Positions 1 to 9,496 of a DNA stretch of 64,000 nucleotides are shown piece by piece. A program made the position numbers and the translations under genes. Below the pieces are notes generated by a model. It made no database searches. It was not told the origin of the DNA and saw only the letters and a list, made by a program, of their open reading frames with translations. The DNA comes from Methanomassiliicoccaceae archaeon (GTDB lineage Archaea > Thermoplasmatota > Thermoplasmata > Methanomassiliicoccales > Methanomassiliicoccaceae), in contig JAXGZN010000001.1 in assembly GCA_040776945.1 (NCBI GenBank), positions 512,001-576,000 on the forward strand. The letters are read 5' to 3'. Numbering within the stretch: position 1 is the first letter of the stretch; the number at the start of each line of letters is the position of its first letter.

Positions 1-144
1 GTCGTATTCTTCTTCCAACTTCTTCAGTGCCCGGCGCACCACCGTCCCGGTGAGCTGCGTCTGCACCTCGATGTCGGAGACCTTGACTGGCTGGGCCGCG
101 GAGAACAGTACCGTCTCCACGATGCGGACGGGGTCCAGGTCCAC
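1..144 (-). CDS. scpB: SMC-Scp complex subunit ScpB, 5' part (runs off window)
   Basis: Not in ORF track. Manual translation from GTG at 144: MDLDPVRIVETVLFSAAQPVKVSDIEVQTQLTGTVVRRALKKLEEEYD, a ScpB-type N-terminal winged helix (E-x-x-L-F). Directly follows the scpA stop. Confidence 0.88.
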   Translation of the reverse strand, partial: MDLDPVRIVETVLFSAAQPVKVSDIEVQTQLTGTVVRRALKKLEEEYD

Positions 145-145
145 C

Positions 146-1051
146 TCACATCACCGCTTCCTTGCTCCGAGGAAGGACCTGGGGAGCGGGTTCGGGGGCC
201 GCGTCCTCCAGCGTCCCGATGTCCCAGTCCAGCTTCACTTCGAGCTTAATGGTGCCGAAGGGGCTGTCGTCCTGCCACACCGAGATGCGGCCGCTCCTTG
301 CGAGGAAGAGGATGGACATCAACACCGTGACAAGATCCTCGCGTCCCCCGTTCCAGATATCGTTGATGTCCACCGGCCCAGATCCGCATCTGGAGATGCG
401 CTGCCACACATTCTCGACATCCCTCTCCAGGTCATCATTGTGGGCCTTGGTATCGAAGGCGCCCTCCATCTTGGCGCGATTGGCCTCGCGGATGCGCTCT
501 CGGATCGCGTTGCGCTCTTCCTCCTCCCGGGCCTCCTGGAAGGCATCTAGCAGCTCCAGCAGGGTGACCGGCCTCGAGCCGCGATGACGGACCACCTCGT
601 CCAGCTCGATCTCGTCAGGGAGAACGAGAACCCGGCGGGGCTCGTCCGTCTCGAACAGGTCCATGCCCTCCAGGTCGTCCATGCAATCTCCGGACGGTCC
701 CTCGGAGCCGCTGAGCACCTGCTCGCTCTGCATGCGCAGGATGGACCACGCCATCAGCATGAGCTTGCCCGCCAGGACGAAGTTGACCTCCTCTTCCCGT
801 ACCCGCTCAGCGTACAGCTTGCTGAACTTCAAGAGGTCGATGTCCCAGGGATCGAGGTCGTTGGACAGCACCAGTTCGAACACCGTCTCGATAGAGCGGT
901 CCAGAGGATCACGGGACGGCGGCGAGGTGCCTGCGCTCCGCAGCACCGAAAGATAGCGATCTATCTTCTCCGAACCCTTGCTCTCGTCGATCATCGCCTT
1001 GTGGAACAGCAGGTGCCCCAGCACCCCTTCCGCGGCATCGCAGGCCATCAT
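146..1051 (-). CDS. scpA: Kleisin, segregation and condensation protein A
   Basis: LDPWDIDL motif and C-terminal LFL...G.I.VWQDD.PFG.I winged helix; overlaps the smc stop (ATGA). Confidence 0.92.
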   Translation of the reverse strand: MMACDAAEGVLGHLLFHKAMIDESKGSEKIDRYLSVLRSAGTSPPSRDPLDRSIETVFELVLSNDLDPWDIDLLKFSKLYAERVREEEVNFVLAGKLMLMAWSILRMQSEQVLSGSEGPSGDCMDDLEGMDLFETDEPRRVLVLPDEIELDEVVRHRGSRPVTLLELLDAFQEAREEEERNAIRERIREANRAKMEGAFDTKAHNDDLERDVENVWQRISRCGSGPVDINDIWNGGREDLVTVLMSILFLARSGRISVWQDDSPFGTIKLEVKLDWDIGTLEDAAPEPAPQVLPRSKEAVM

Positions 1052-4000
1052 GGTGATTCCTCCATCTTCTCTTCCGCTATCTTGAGCTCGGCCGGAAGCT
1101 CGCTCACATCGGAGATGTTGGGGCGGATTATCACATGGGATATGCCGCCCTCCTGCTTGGTGACCCCGATAATGTGGTCGGCCTTGGTGAGAGTTATCTT
1201 TCTCAGCGATATCTGAACGAACTGCGCGGTCTTGGACGATTTTTGGACCCGTCTCGCGACCATGTCCGCATTGATGCCGTCCAGGAACATGTCCACCTCG
1301 TCCAAGAGATAGAACGGCGACGGCTGGAACTCTTGGATGGCGAAGATGAAGGCGAGCGCGGTCAGCGACTTCTCCCCACCGCTCAGCGCTTCCAGCCTGA
1401 GGACCTTTCCCTGCTTGGGCTTGGCCTTGATCGCCAGTCCTCCCTGGAACGGCTCCTCGGGGTCCTCCAGAAGTAGCTCGGCCTCTCCTCCTTGGGAAAG
1501 GTCGGCGTATGCCCGGCGGAAGTTTTGGTTGACCGCATCATAGACCTTAATGAGAGCGCCCTTCTTCTTATGGTTCAGCTCCCCCTCCAGCTTGAGGAGG
1601 TCTCTGCGCTGGGCCTCCAGCCTCCGGGTCTCGGCGCTCAGCTCGTCGTGCCTCGCCTTCTTCTCGGAGTAGTCGTCCACCGCCTTGAGGTTGACCGGAC
1701 CCATGGACGCTATGGCGGCATCGCACTGCCGTATGATGTCCTTCAGATGGTCGATCGACGGCGCCGGGAGATCGACCTGAACGCCGAGCTGCTTGAGCTC
1801 CTCTTCCAGCTCCCCTATGCGAACCTGCCCCTGAGCGATGCGGGTGTTCAGCCCGATGATGATCTCGGCCTTCGTCTCCACGGTCCCGGTTATGCGGTCC
1901 CTCTCCCCTTCCAGGCCGGTCTTCTCGCGGAAGAGCGATTCCTTCCTCTGCCGGAGACCGATCATCTCCTGTCCCATGGAGTCCTCGATCTTGCGGAGGG
2001 CTGCAAGGTCGGTCCGCGCGCGGACCGCCTGACCATTCGCCTCCTCGCCCTCTCTCTTCAGCCGGGCGAGCTTATCGGCAAGCTGCCTCCCGGCGTCCGC
2101 GAGCTCATCGCGGCGCTTCTGGGTCAGCTTGATCCTCGCATCCAGGGTGTCCCTGGCGGAGCGCATCTCAGAGGCGCCCGCGGTCAGCCCGGCGACCTCG
2201 TCCTGAAGAGACTTGAGCTTCTGCGAAAGCTCGCGCGGGGCGAGCCTTTCCAGCTTCGCCCTCGCCTCGTCCCGGCCAGCCCTAAGGTCGGCGAGGTCCT
2301 TCTCTGACCTCGTGATCTTGTCCACCAGCTCGGCCAGCGCACTTAAGGTCTGGGCCATCTCCTCGGCCCTCCTGCCCTTCTCCGCGGTGGCCTGGGCCAG
2401 CTTGGCCCTCAGCTCGTCCCTCTGACGCTCCAGGGCCTTGAGGGTGACCGACGACGCGCCGCCGGCCCCGGTCAGCTCTCGGATCCGAGCCTCCAGTACC
2501 ATCATGTCCGAGCGCAACTGGGACAGGTCCGCCTGAAGCTTGGTGGACGACTGGATAGCCGCGTCCAGCTTGGCAGAGGCCTCCTCGATCTTGCCCTTCG
2601 CGGCCGCACCGAACCTCAGCTGGGACTGCTCCACGTTGCCGCCCACCATGGCCCCCGAGGCCTCCAGCAGCTCGCCTCCCTGGGTGACCAGGCGCACCCC
2701 TCCCATGAGACGGCGCGCCTTATCCAGGGTGTCCACGACGACGGTGTCCCCGAGCACGTACCAGAACGCCGCGCGGTATCTCTCATCGAACTTCACCAGG
2801 TCGATGGCAAAACCCGCGGCATCCTTGGCGGCCATGATGGCCTTTCCCCTCGGACGGCCGTCCAGCATCTTGGTCAGGGGCAGGAAGGTGGCCCTGCCCA
2901 GGCCGTTCCGCTTCAAGTGCTGTATGCACTGCGACGCAACCTCGTCATCATCGACCACGATGGCCTGCATGCGGTTCCCGGCGGCGATGTTCAGCGCCGT
3001 CTGGTATCGCGGATCCACCTCTGCCAGCTCGGCGATGGTGCCGTGCACGCCCCTGATCGTCCTAGAGTCCCGCGCCTCCATGATCCCGCGCACCGCGCGG
3101 TTGTAGCCCCGGGCGATCTCCCCGGCAGCCTCCTCCTCTGCCTTCAGCCTGGAAACCTCCCGCTGCAACGATTTGATCGCCTGCTCCAGCTCGTTGGACT
3201 CGCGGGCCATCCGGGACTCGGCGCCCTTCTTCTGGAGGTATTCCTCTTGCAAGGCCTTGAGCTCTTTTCCCGAGCCCCGGTCCTGGTCCTTGATCTCCTT
3301 GATCTTCCACTCCGCGTCGGTGACCCCGAACTCATGGGCCTTGAGGTCCTCGTCGAACTCGGCCGCCTCCGATGCCAGACGGTCCCTGCGGCCTTCAAGG
3401 CGTTCCTTCTCCATGCTGAGCTTGTTCAACGCCTCCTCGTTCTCCCTGACCGCCTTCTCGCGGGCCGCGATGTCGCCCTCCAGCGCTGCCAGTTCGGTAT
3501 CGCAGGCGCTTATCTTGCCCTGCACCTCAGCCAACTGCTCCTTTCTGGAGGCCAGGTCGGCGACGGCCTTCTCCAGCAGCGCGGCCTTCGCATCGTGGTC
3601 GGAGACCAGAGAGGTCACCTCGGCTGCGGTTGCCCTCTCCTCCTCGGCCTTATCCTCTATCTCCGCTCCAACCTCCAACGCTCCCTGTTCGGACGAGGCG
3701 GCGCGGTCCTCCGACCGGGCCACAAGGATCTTGATGGCATCGATCCTCTCTTTTAGCTCACGGAACTCCTTACCTCCTTTGGCCTCGAGCTCGCGGTCGG
3801 TGTCCGCCATCCCTTGGTCCAGTTGTCCGATGCGCTCGGCTATGGCACCCTTCCGCTCCCTTAGCTTCACGACCTCGGCCTGGATATTGGCGATCTGCCT
3901 TTGGACGCTGACGATCTCCACCTCGGCGGCCTCCTTCTGCCTGTGGGCCAGCTGGGCCTTGGAGCGCGTGAGCGTCTCCCTGGTCCGGAGATAGGTCATA

Positions 4001-4650
4001 GCCACCTCCTTTTCCTGCTCCAATTGGTCGATCTGCCGCTGCAGCTCAGAAAGGATGATCGAGATGCGCTCGATGTTGGCGTCTGCCTCGTCCCTCTCCC
4101 CCTGGGCCTTCATGATCTCCTCGTCGAACTTGGAGATCCCGGAGATATCGTCCAGGATCCTCCGCCGCTCGAGATTGGACATGGTCACCACGCGGGTGAC
4201 GTCGCCCTGCTGGACGAAGTTGTAGCCGTCGGCGCTGATGCGGGCGTTGGAGAGCAGCATGTCGAACTCTCCCAAGGATGACCTGCGGTCGTTCACATAG
4301 AAGTAAGAGCTGTACCCGTCACCCTCGGAGGCCGTCTTCACCAGCCGGGTCAGGCGCACGGTGTCGTCATCGATGGGTATCAGGCGGTCCTTGTTGTCGA
4401 ACACCAGGGAGACCTTGCAGTGGTCGGCCGGACGTTTGCTGCTGCCTCCGTTGAATATGAGATCGGTTAGCTTTCCGGCACGTATCGCCCGCGAACTCTT
4501 GGGCCCGAGCACAAAAAGTATGGCGTCGGAGATGTTGGACTTCCCCGATCCATTGGGCCCGGTGACCGCGGTGTAGCCCTCCAGTAGAGGGACCGTCAGC
4601 TTCCTGCCGAAAGACTTGAAGTTCTCCAGCTCGATCTGTCTAAGGTACAT
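1048..4650 (-). CDS. smc: Chromosome segregation protein SMC
   Basis: Walker A GPNGSGKSN, hinge (GVHGTIAEL...GRATFLPL), signature LSGGEKS, Walker B LLDEVD, long coiled coils; 1200 aa. Confidence 0.98.
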   Translation of the reverse strand: MYLRQIELENFKSFGRKLTVPLLEGYTAVTGPNGSGKSNISDAILFVLGPKSSRAIRAGKLTDLIFNGGSSKRPADHCKVSLVFDNKDRLIPIDDDTVRLTRLVKTASEGDGYSSYFYVNDRRSSLGEFDMLLSNARISADGYNFVQQGDVTRVVTMSNLERRRILDDISGISKFDEEIMKAQGERDEADANIERISIILSELQRQIDQLEQEKEVAMTYLRTRETLTRSKAQLAHRQKEAAEVEIVSVQRQIANIQAEVVKLRERKGAIAERIGQLDQGMADTDRELEAKGGKEFRELKERIDAIKILVARSEDRAASSEQGALEVGAEIEDKAEEERATAAEVTSLVSDHDAKAALLEKAVADLASRKEQLAEVQGKISACDTELAALEGDIAAREKAVRENEEALNKLSMEKERLEGRRDRLASEAAEFDEDLKAHEFGVTDAEWKIKEIKDQDRGSGKELKALQEEYLQKKGAESRMARESNELEQAIKSLQREVSRLKAEEEAAGEIARGYNRAVRGIMEARDSRTIRGVHGTIAELAEVDPRYQTALNIAAGNRMQAIVVDDDEVASQCIQHLKRNGLGRATFLPLTKMLDGRPRGKAIMAAKDAAGFAIDLVKFDERYRAAFWYVLGDTVVVDTLDKARRLMGGVRLVTQGGELLEASGAMVGGNVEQSQLRFGAAAKGKIEEASAKLDAAIQSSTKLQADLSQLRSDMMVLEARIRELTGAGGASSVTLKALERQRDELRAKLAQATAEKGRRAEEMAQTLSALAELVDKITRSEKDLADLRAGRDEARAKLERLAPRELSQKLKSLQDEVAGLTAGASEMRSARDTLDARIKLTQKRRDELADAGRQLADKLARLKREGEEANGQAVRARTDLAALRKIEDSMGQEMIGLRQRKESLFREKTGLEGERDRITGTVETKAEIIIGLNTRIAQGQVRIGELEEELKQLGVQVDLPAPSIDHLKDIIRQCDAAIASMGPVNLKAVDDYSEKKARHDELSAETRRLEAQRRDLLKLEGELNHKKKGALIKVYDAVNQNFRRAYADLSQGGEAELLLEDPEEPFQGGLAIKAKPKQGKVLRLEALSGGEKSLTALAFIFAIQEFQPSPFYLLDEVDMFLDGINADMVARRVQKSSKTAQFVQISLRKITLTKADHIIGVTKQEGGISHVIIRPNISDVSELPAELKIAEEKMEESP

Positions 4651-4987
4651 TCGTCCTCCGCGTTCGGAGGCGAAAGAGGACCCCTGGTAAGACCGGCGGT
4701 CCGTTCTCGCATCCCATCTTCCAGTCCGACGCGTGTCGGACAGTAGAAAGAAATGAAATGTGAATATATAAGTCTTGTTGCCTGCATGCCGATCACATTG
4801 TAGAAAAAGATGTCTGAGCCAGTATGCACAGGAAAAATTGTATTAAAATATTGGAAAAAATCTTTTCGGATCGTTGTTCTAGCTCCTAGGATTCGTCCAT
4901 TTCGGTCATTGGTTTGTTGGACAATGATGACGTTCATGACCTGACCGGGCCTACGTCGCCAAGTATAAGACCTGACCGACGGTTCCC

Positions 4988-5626
4988 GTGACGATGTCCA
5001 AGATACTGCTCCTGTCGCCCCATACCGATGACGTCGAGCTCGGATGCGGGGGCAGCGTGGCCAAGTTCATCGAGCAGGGGCACGACCTTCTATGGATCGC
5101 GTTCTCGGTGGCGGAGGACTCGCTGCCCGCAGGCATGCCCAAGGACACTTTGGCCAAGGAGTTCGAGAAGGTCGTTCAGATCTACGGTCTCGGACCGGAT
5201 CAGCGCGAGATCCTGGGCTTCAAGGTCCGCCATATGAGCGAGCGCAGGCAGGAGGTGCTCGACCACCTTGTCCGCGTAAGGAGCAGGTTCGGGCCGGACA
5301 TCGTCGTAGGACCGTCGATCCACGACCACCACCAGGACCACCAGGTGGTGGCCAACGAGATGGTCCGAGCCTTCAAGTCCTCGGCCAGCATCATGTGCTA
5401 TGAGCTACCGTGGAACAATGTGCGGTTCGACGACCAGCTGTTCGTGACACTAAACGAGGAGCATATGGACAAGAAATGGGAGGCGCTCCAGGTCTACCGG
5501 TCCCAGCTGGCCAAGGATCGCAGCTACTTCGAGAGGGAGTTCATCTTCGGAACGGCGCGAATGCACGGGGTGCAGTGCAACCATAGGTATGCTGAGGCCT
5601 TCGAGGTCGTCCGATGGCGGATGTAG
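4988..5626 (+). CDS. PIG-L/LmbE family N-acetyl-sugar deacetylase
   Basis: SPHTDDVELGCGG and HHQDH metal motifs; C-terminal YAEAF. Confidence 0.9.
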   Translation: MTMSKILLLSPHTDDVELGCGGSVAKFIEQGHDLLWIAFSVAEDSLPAGMPKDTLAKEFEKVVQIYGLGPDQREILGFKVRHMSERRQEVLDHLVRVRSRFGPDIVVGPSIHDHHQDHQVVANEMVRAFKSSASIMCYELPWNNVRFDDQLFVTLNEEHMDKKWEALQVYRSQLAKDRSYFEREFIFGTARMHGVQCNHRYAEAFEVVRWRM

Positions 5627-5645
5627 TCCGCGGTCCCTCTGGCGC

Positions 5646-6296
5646 CTATGGATCGAAACGCATTCTGGACCATCGCTCTTCACGAGCCTCCAGGTCAGCG
5701 AGGGAGTGTATGTCCGATCCCCTCACCATGGCCACGCCTCTTCGTGCAGCGGCCTTGATCCAGCGGGGTCCTGGGGTCATATATCGAGCGTTGATCTCCA
5801 AGGCAACGCGGTGACGCGCCATGAGCCCCATTATCTCATCTAGCTCATCCTGCTCAATGCCTATGCCAGAGCGGTCGGTGAACGTCCCGGGATGAGCCCA
5901 GGCATGCGCTCTGCCCGAGGACAGGACCGCGCGGAGAGCATCCATGAACTTGCCCTTATCCGCTGGGAAGGAGTGGAATGCAAAGATAGGGTAATCGACC
6001 GATTCAAGGATGTTGTCCTCCACGTCCAAGGAGCCGTCGGGTAGCACCTTGGCCTCCAGTCCCGAGAGGACCGTCAGTCCGGGTCTCCTCTTGGCCTTGT
6101 CGATATCGTCCAACAGAGTTCCGAAGTCGTAGTCCAAGGACCTCCTGACATGCTCTGTGAACGCCATCAAGGGTATGGACAGTCGCTCCGCGGCATCGCA
6201 AAGCTGCTCCACGCTCGCGCTTCCATCGGTCATGGCGGTATGGACATGCCACTCGCCCGATAACCTGAGGCCCTCATATCTCTGCCAGGCCCTCAT
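5646..6296 (-). CDS. PHP-domain phosphoesterase
   Basis: WHVHT..TDG, FTEH, WAHP and GSDIH motifs. Start placed at ATG 6296 (ATGA overlap with the upstream stop), not the ORF-track start. Confidence 0.85.
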   Translation of the reverse strand: MRAWQRYEGLRLSGEWHVHTAMTDGSASVEQLCDAAERLSIPLMAFTEHVRRSLDYDFGTLLDDIDKAKRRPGLTVLSGLEAKVLPDGSLDVEDNILESVDYPIFAFHSFPADKGKFMDALRAVLSSGRAHAWAHPGTFTDRSGIGIEQDELDEIMGLMARHRVALEINARYMTPGPRWIKAAARRGVAMVRGSDIHSLADLEAREERWSRMRFDP

Positions 6297-7348
6297 ATCC
6301 TCACCGCGAGGCGGCCGTCCGCCACACCGATGCCTCCCCAGTACCGCATGAGCCTTGTGCCCCAGGTCACCCTCATGGACGGCACTGGCTCGCCCAGGGC
6401 CTTCATGACCGCCGCGTAGATCATGTTGGCACCGGCCAAGGTCGATAGCACCATGGTCCCCTGTACCCTGGGATTGCACTCCAGGAGCTTTGGGGTCCCC
6501 TCGTTGTCAAGCTTGTACTGGAACCCGAAGGCGTAGTCCAGGCCGAGGCTCCTGGCGAGACGCTCCGAGCTCTGGATGATGTCCTCCCGCCTCTCCACCG
6601 TCCCGGCGAAGGTTATGCCGGACACTATGCGGTCCCTCCGTCTAGGTATCGCCAGGATGTCGTCCCCGTGGAACACGTCCACGGTGTACTCGGTCCCCGG
6701 CAGGTGCTCCATCACCATAAGTTCCGGGAACTCGCCACCTAGCACCTGCCTCATGTGGTCCATGCGGACGCAGAGGGAGCTGGGCTTCTCCTCATAGTAA
6801 AGGCGCTTCAGGTCAACGGCCTCATCTATTATCCTGACCCCTCTCATGCCATTCGAGCCGGGCGGCTTGATCACGACCTTTCTTTCAGGCCACCCAAGGT
6901 CCGACGCGGCCTCGACAAGATCGTCGATGGTGGAGGCCATCCGGTGGGCGGGGACCGGGACCCCGATGTTGCGTGCGATCGAAGTGAGAGCGTCCTTGTC
7001 ATTGGCGCAGGATATGGCCACCTTGGGAGAGACCACGACATGGATCCCTTCCCTTCGGAAATCGTCGATGCTCGCGGAGATCGTTTCGAGCTCGGCAGTG
7101 TTCTGCGGGACTATGGTCCGTGCCCCGGCATCATAGCAGAGATCCATGAGCGCGCTGACGTAATCGGGGGAACTGGGCCGGGGGATGGTGCGGAAGGAAT
7201 CGCATAGATACCTTCCGACCACATCATTCTCAATGTCAGTGCCTACCACCTTGACCGGCCTTCGGTCCGGGTTCTCCTTCAATGAGAACAAAGTGCCCGC
7301 TATACCCGGGGCCCCCGACCCGGTAACCACCACGGTCAGCTCCTTCAT
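6293..7348 (-). CDS. ATP-grasp carboxylate-amine ligase (CarB-like, glycan-locus type)
   Basis: VTGSGAPG N-terminus, IKP..SNGMRG, EHLPGTEYTVD, LLECNPRVQG. Confidence 0.87.
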   Translation of the reverse strand: MKELTVVVTGSGAPGIAGTLFSLKENPDRRPVKVVGTDIENDVVGRYLCDSFRTIPRPSSPDYVSALMDLCYDAGARTIVPQNTAELETISASIDDFRREGIHVVVSPKVAISCANDKDALTSIARNIGVPVPAHRMASTIDDLVEAASDLGWPERKVVIKPPGSNGMRGVRIIDEAVDLKRLYYEEKPSSLCVRMDHMRQVLGGEFPELMVMEHLPGTEYTVDVFHGDDILAIPRRRDRIVSGITFAGTVERREDIIQSSERLARSLGLDYAFGFQYKLDNEGTPKLLECNPRVQGTMVLSTLAGANMIYAAVMKALGEPVPSMRVTWGTRLMRYWGGIGVADGRLAVRI

Positions 7349-7426
7349 GTCGCAGCCTCACCTTCCACGCTATGTTCCTTCGGCCCACCGAATGGGCTCC
7401 CGGATGCTTAAGCTAATGTGGACGTT

Positions 7427-8536
7427 TCACGACAGTATGCGGGCATATGCATACTGCAGTCTCTCCTTCATCGTACCCCAGTTATACTCTCTCTCGGCCG
7501 CGTCCCGTCCCCTTCGGCCCATCTCTTCCCTGGTCCTCCGGTCCCGCAAGCTGTCCACCGCGCGCCGGAAGTTCTCTTCGCTCCAGTCGAAGGATATGCC
7601 GCAGCCCTCTCTCTCTACTATCATGGCGTTGAGCGTTCCCTTCGACACCAATATGGGCAGCCCGAAGGCCATGCACTCGCCTAGCTTGTTGGCCGTTCCC
7701 GTCCTGTAGTTCTCGTTGGCAGGGTCTATGAGGATGAGAACAGCGTCCACCTTATCGTACTCCTCGAGCAGCCTTGAGAACGGAAGGTGGCCGATATACT
7801 CCACATTGTCATGCTCCATGGCACCTTTCTCCACGGCCTTCTGCAAACGGCCTGAACCGGCGATGCGCAGGACGCACCTGTCGGTCTTGGATGCCGCCTC
7901 TATGCTCTCCTCCAGGTACCGCATCGGCTCGAAGGTCACCGGGTTGAAGAGCACGATGGACTCGTTCTCGACGTGCTGTCTGGTCCTTGACCTCGGAGGA
8001 AGCTCGATGACGTTCATGATCACCAGGACCTTATCGCGGGTGTGCCTCTCCATCTCCGCGGCCATGGCCTCGTTGATGGTGATGGCCAGGTCCACGCGGG
8101 GCAACATTGTTTGCTCCAGCTTCTCCACGAGGCGGGAGACGGCCGCGGGGACGTCCATGGCGATCATCTTGGCGTACCTCTCATGCGCGTCATAGACGAT
8201 GGGCACGCCCCTAAGCCGCGATATCAGCAGCCCCGCGGGCAGGGTGTCCAGGTCATGAGCGTGCACGATCTCGGGGCGGACCTCTCTGGCAGCGGCCAGG
8301 CAACGGAGCAGGAACAGCGGGTAGTTCAGAACGAGCGCGAGCTGCCCGCCGACCCTCCCGGTGCGGACGCGATGCAGCCTCACCCCTTCCACCACCTCGC
8401 GGGGCGGCCTTGCTCGCTGCCGGTCCCACGCAGCGACCGTCACCTCATGGCCGCCATCGATGAGCGCTCTCGCCTCCTTGTGCACCCGGGGGTCCGGGCG
8501 GTACTCGTTGGTGACTAGCATCAAGACTCTGGCCAT
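7427..8536 (-). CDS. Glycosyltransferase family 4
   Basis: DPRVHKEA, HAHDLDT, YDAHE, NKLGECMAFGLP; GT-B fold pattern. Confidence 0.9.
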   Translation of the reverse strand: MARVLMLVTNEYRPDPRVHKEARALIDGGHEVTVAAWDRQRARPPREVVEGVRLHRVRTGRVGGQLALVLNYPLFLLRCLAAAREVRPEIVHAHDLDTLPAGLLISRLRGVPIVYDAHERYAKMIAMDVPAAVSRLVEKLEQTMLPRVDLAITINEAMAAEMERHTRDKVLVIMNVIELPPRSRTRQHVENESIVLFNPVTFEPMRYLEESIEAASKTDRCVLRIAGSGRLQKAVEKGAMEHDNVEYIGHLPFSRLLEEYDKVDAVLILIDPANENYRTGTANKLGECMAFGLPILVSKGTLNAMIVEREGCGISFDWSEENFRRAVDSLRDRRTREEMGRRGRDAAEREYNWGTMKERLQYAYARILS

Positions 8537-8542
8537 GCGACC

Positions 8543-9496
8543 TCAGGCACCGGTGTCGACGGTCCTGCCTTCTCGCAGCGACTCCATGCTCTTCTCGATC
8601 ATCTCGACCGTCCTCACGCCGACTATACCGGAGTTCCTCGTTTCCGTGGCGGGGTCGCCTATGGACCGCAGGAAGTTGGTAAGCTCCGTGCGGATGGTGT
8701 TGTTCCTCTCTATCCCCAGTTTGTAAGTGTACCCGCTCTCGTAGATCGTCACGTCCTGCGCCACCGCGTCGATGAGGGCCGAGCGGTTCTCCCCTATGAG
8801 CTCGATCTGCCGCACCTTGCGGGGGGCCAGCCAGCTCAGGGTGGCGTTCGCCAAGACGCCTGACGGCATCTCACAGGTAATGTACGCCAGCTCCTCCAGC
8901 TCTTTCCTCCGGAACGGTTTCCCGGTGCAGGTGATCCTCGACGGCCAAGCGTCGAAGATGAAGTTCACCATATCAAAGAAGTGCGGGGCCAGGTCCACGA
9001 TTACGTCCCGGTCGGGAAACGCCGGCTCGAGATTGGTCCATGTGAAGTTCATGCTGAACGGCCTGCCGAAGAAGTTCTGGCCCATCAGCCGGCGTATCTC
9101 CAGGAGCGCGTTGTTGAACCGGTAGATGTGACCCACCGACAATGTCAGGTTCTTCCTTCCGGCAAGCTCCACCAGCTCCGCCCCGTCCTTCGACCTCAAT
9201 GTGATGGGCTTCTCCACCAGCACGTGCTTGCCGGCGTCCAGCGCGTCCTTGCACGCCTGGTGGTGCAGGCCGTTGGGAAGGCATACGTTCACCGCGGTGA
9301 TGTCTGCGTCCTTCAGCACCTCGCGGTAGTCATGGTAAAGGTTCTCCACGCCGTAGCGGTCCCTGCAGAACTCCAGGTTCTTGTCCATTTGGTCCGATAC
9401 CGCCTTCACCTTCACGCCGGGGATGTTGCTGTACTCGTCGACTATCTTCTTGCCCCAGTAGCCGACCCCCAGGACGGCGACCTCGATCCTTCTCAT
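8543..9496 (-). CDS. Gfo/Idh/MocA oxidoreductase (WbpB-like nucleotide-sugar 3-dehydrogenase)
   Basis: GVGYWG Rossmann motif, VLVEKP, DLAPH. Start at ATG 9496 overlaps the DegT stop. Confidence 0.87.
   Translation of the reverse strand: MRRIEVAVLGVGYWGKKIVDEYSNIPGVKVKAVSDQMDKNLEFCRDRYGVENLYHDYREVLKDADITAVNVCLPNGLHHQACKDALDAGKHVLVEKPITLRSKDGAELVELAGRKNLTLSVGHIYRFNNALLEIRRLMGQNFFGRPFSMNFTWTNLEPAFPDRDVIVDLAPHFFDMVNFIFDAWPSRITCTGKPFRRKELEELAYITCEMPSGVLANATLSWLAPRKVRQIELIGENRSALIDAVAQDVTIYESGYTYKLGIERNNTIRTELTNFLRSIGDPATETRNSGIVGVRTVEMIEKSMESLREGRTVDTGA

Noticed and set aside
1-4650. SMC operon as a Wadjet/MksBEFG defence system
   Set aside because: Canonical Smc hinge, ScpA and ScpB motifs, and no JetD/Toprim gene visible; this is housekeeping condensin.
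4745-4930. Replication origin in the AT-rich block
   Set aside because: No ORB-like repeats seen and no orc1/cdc6 in the window.
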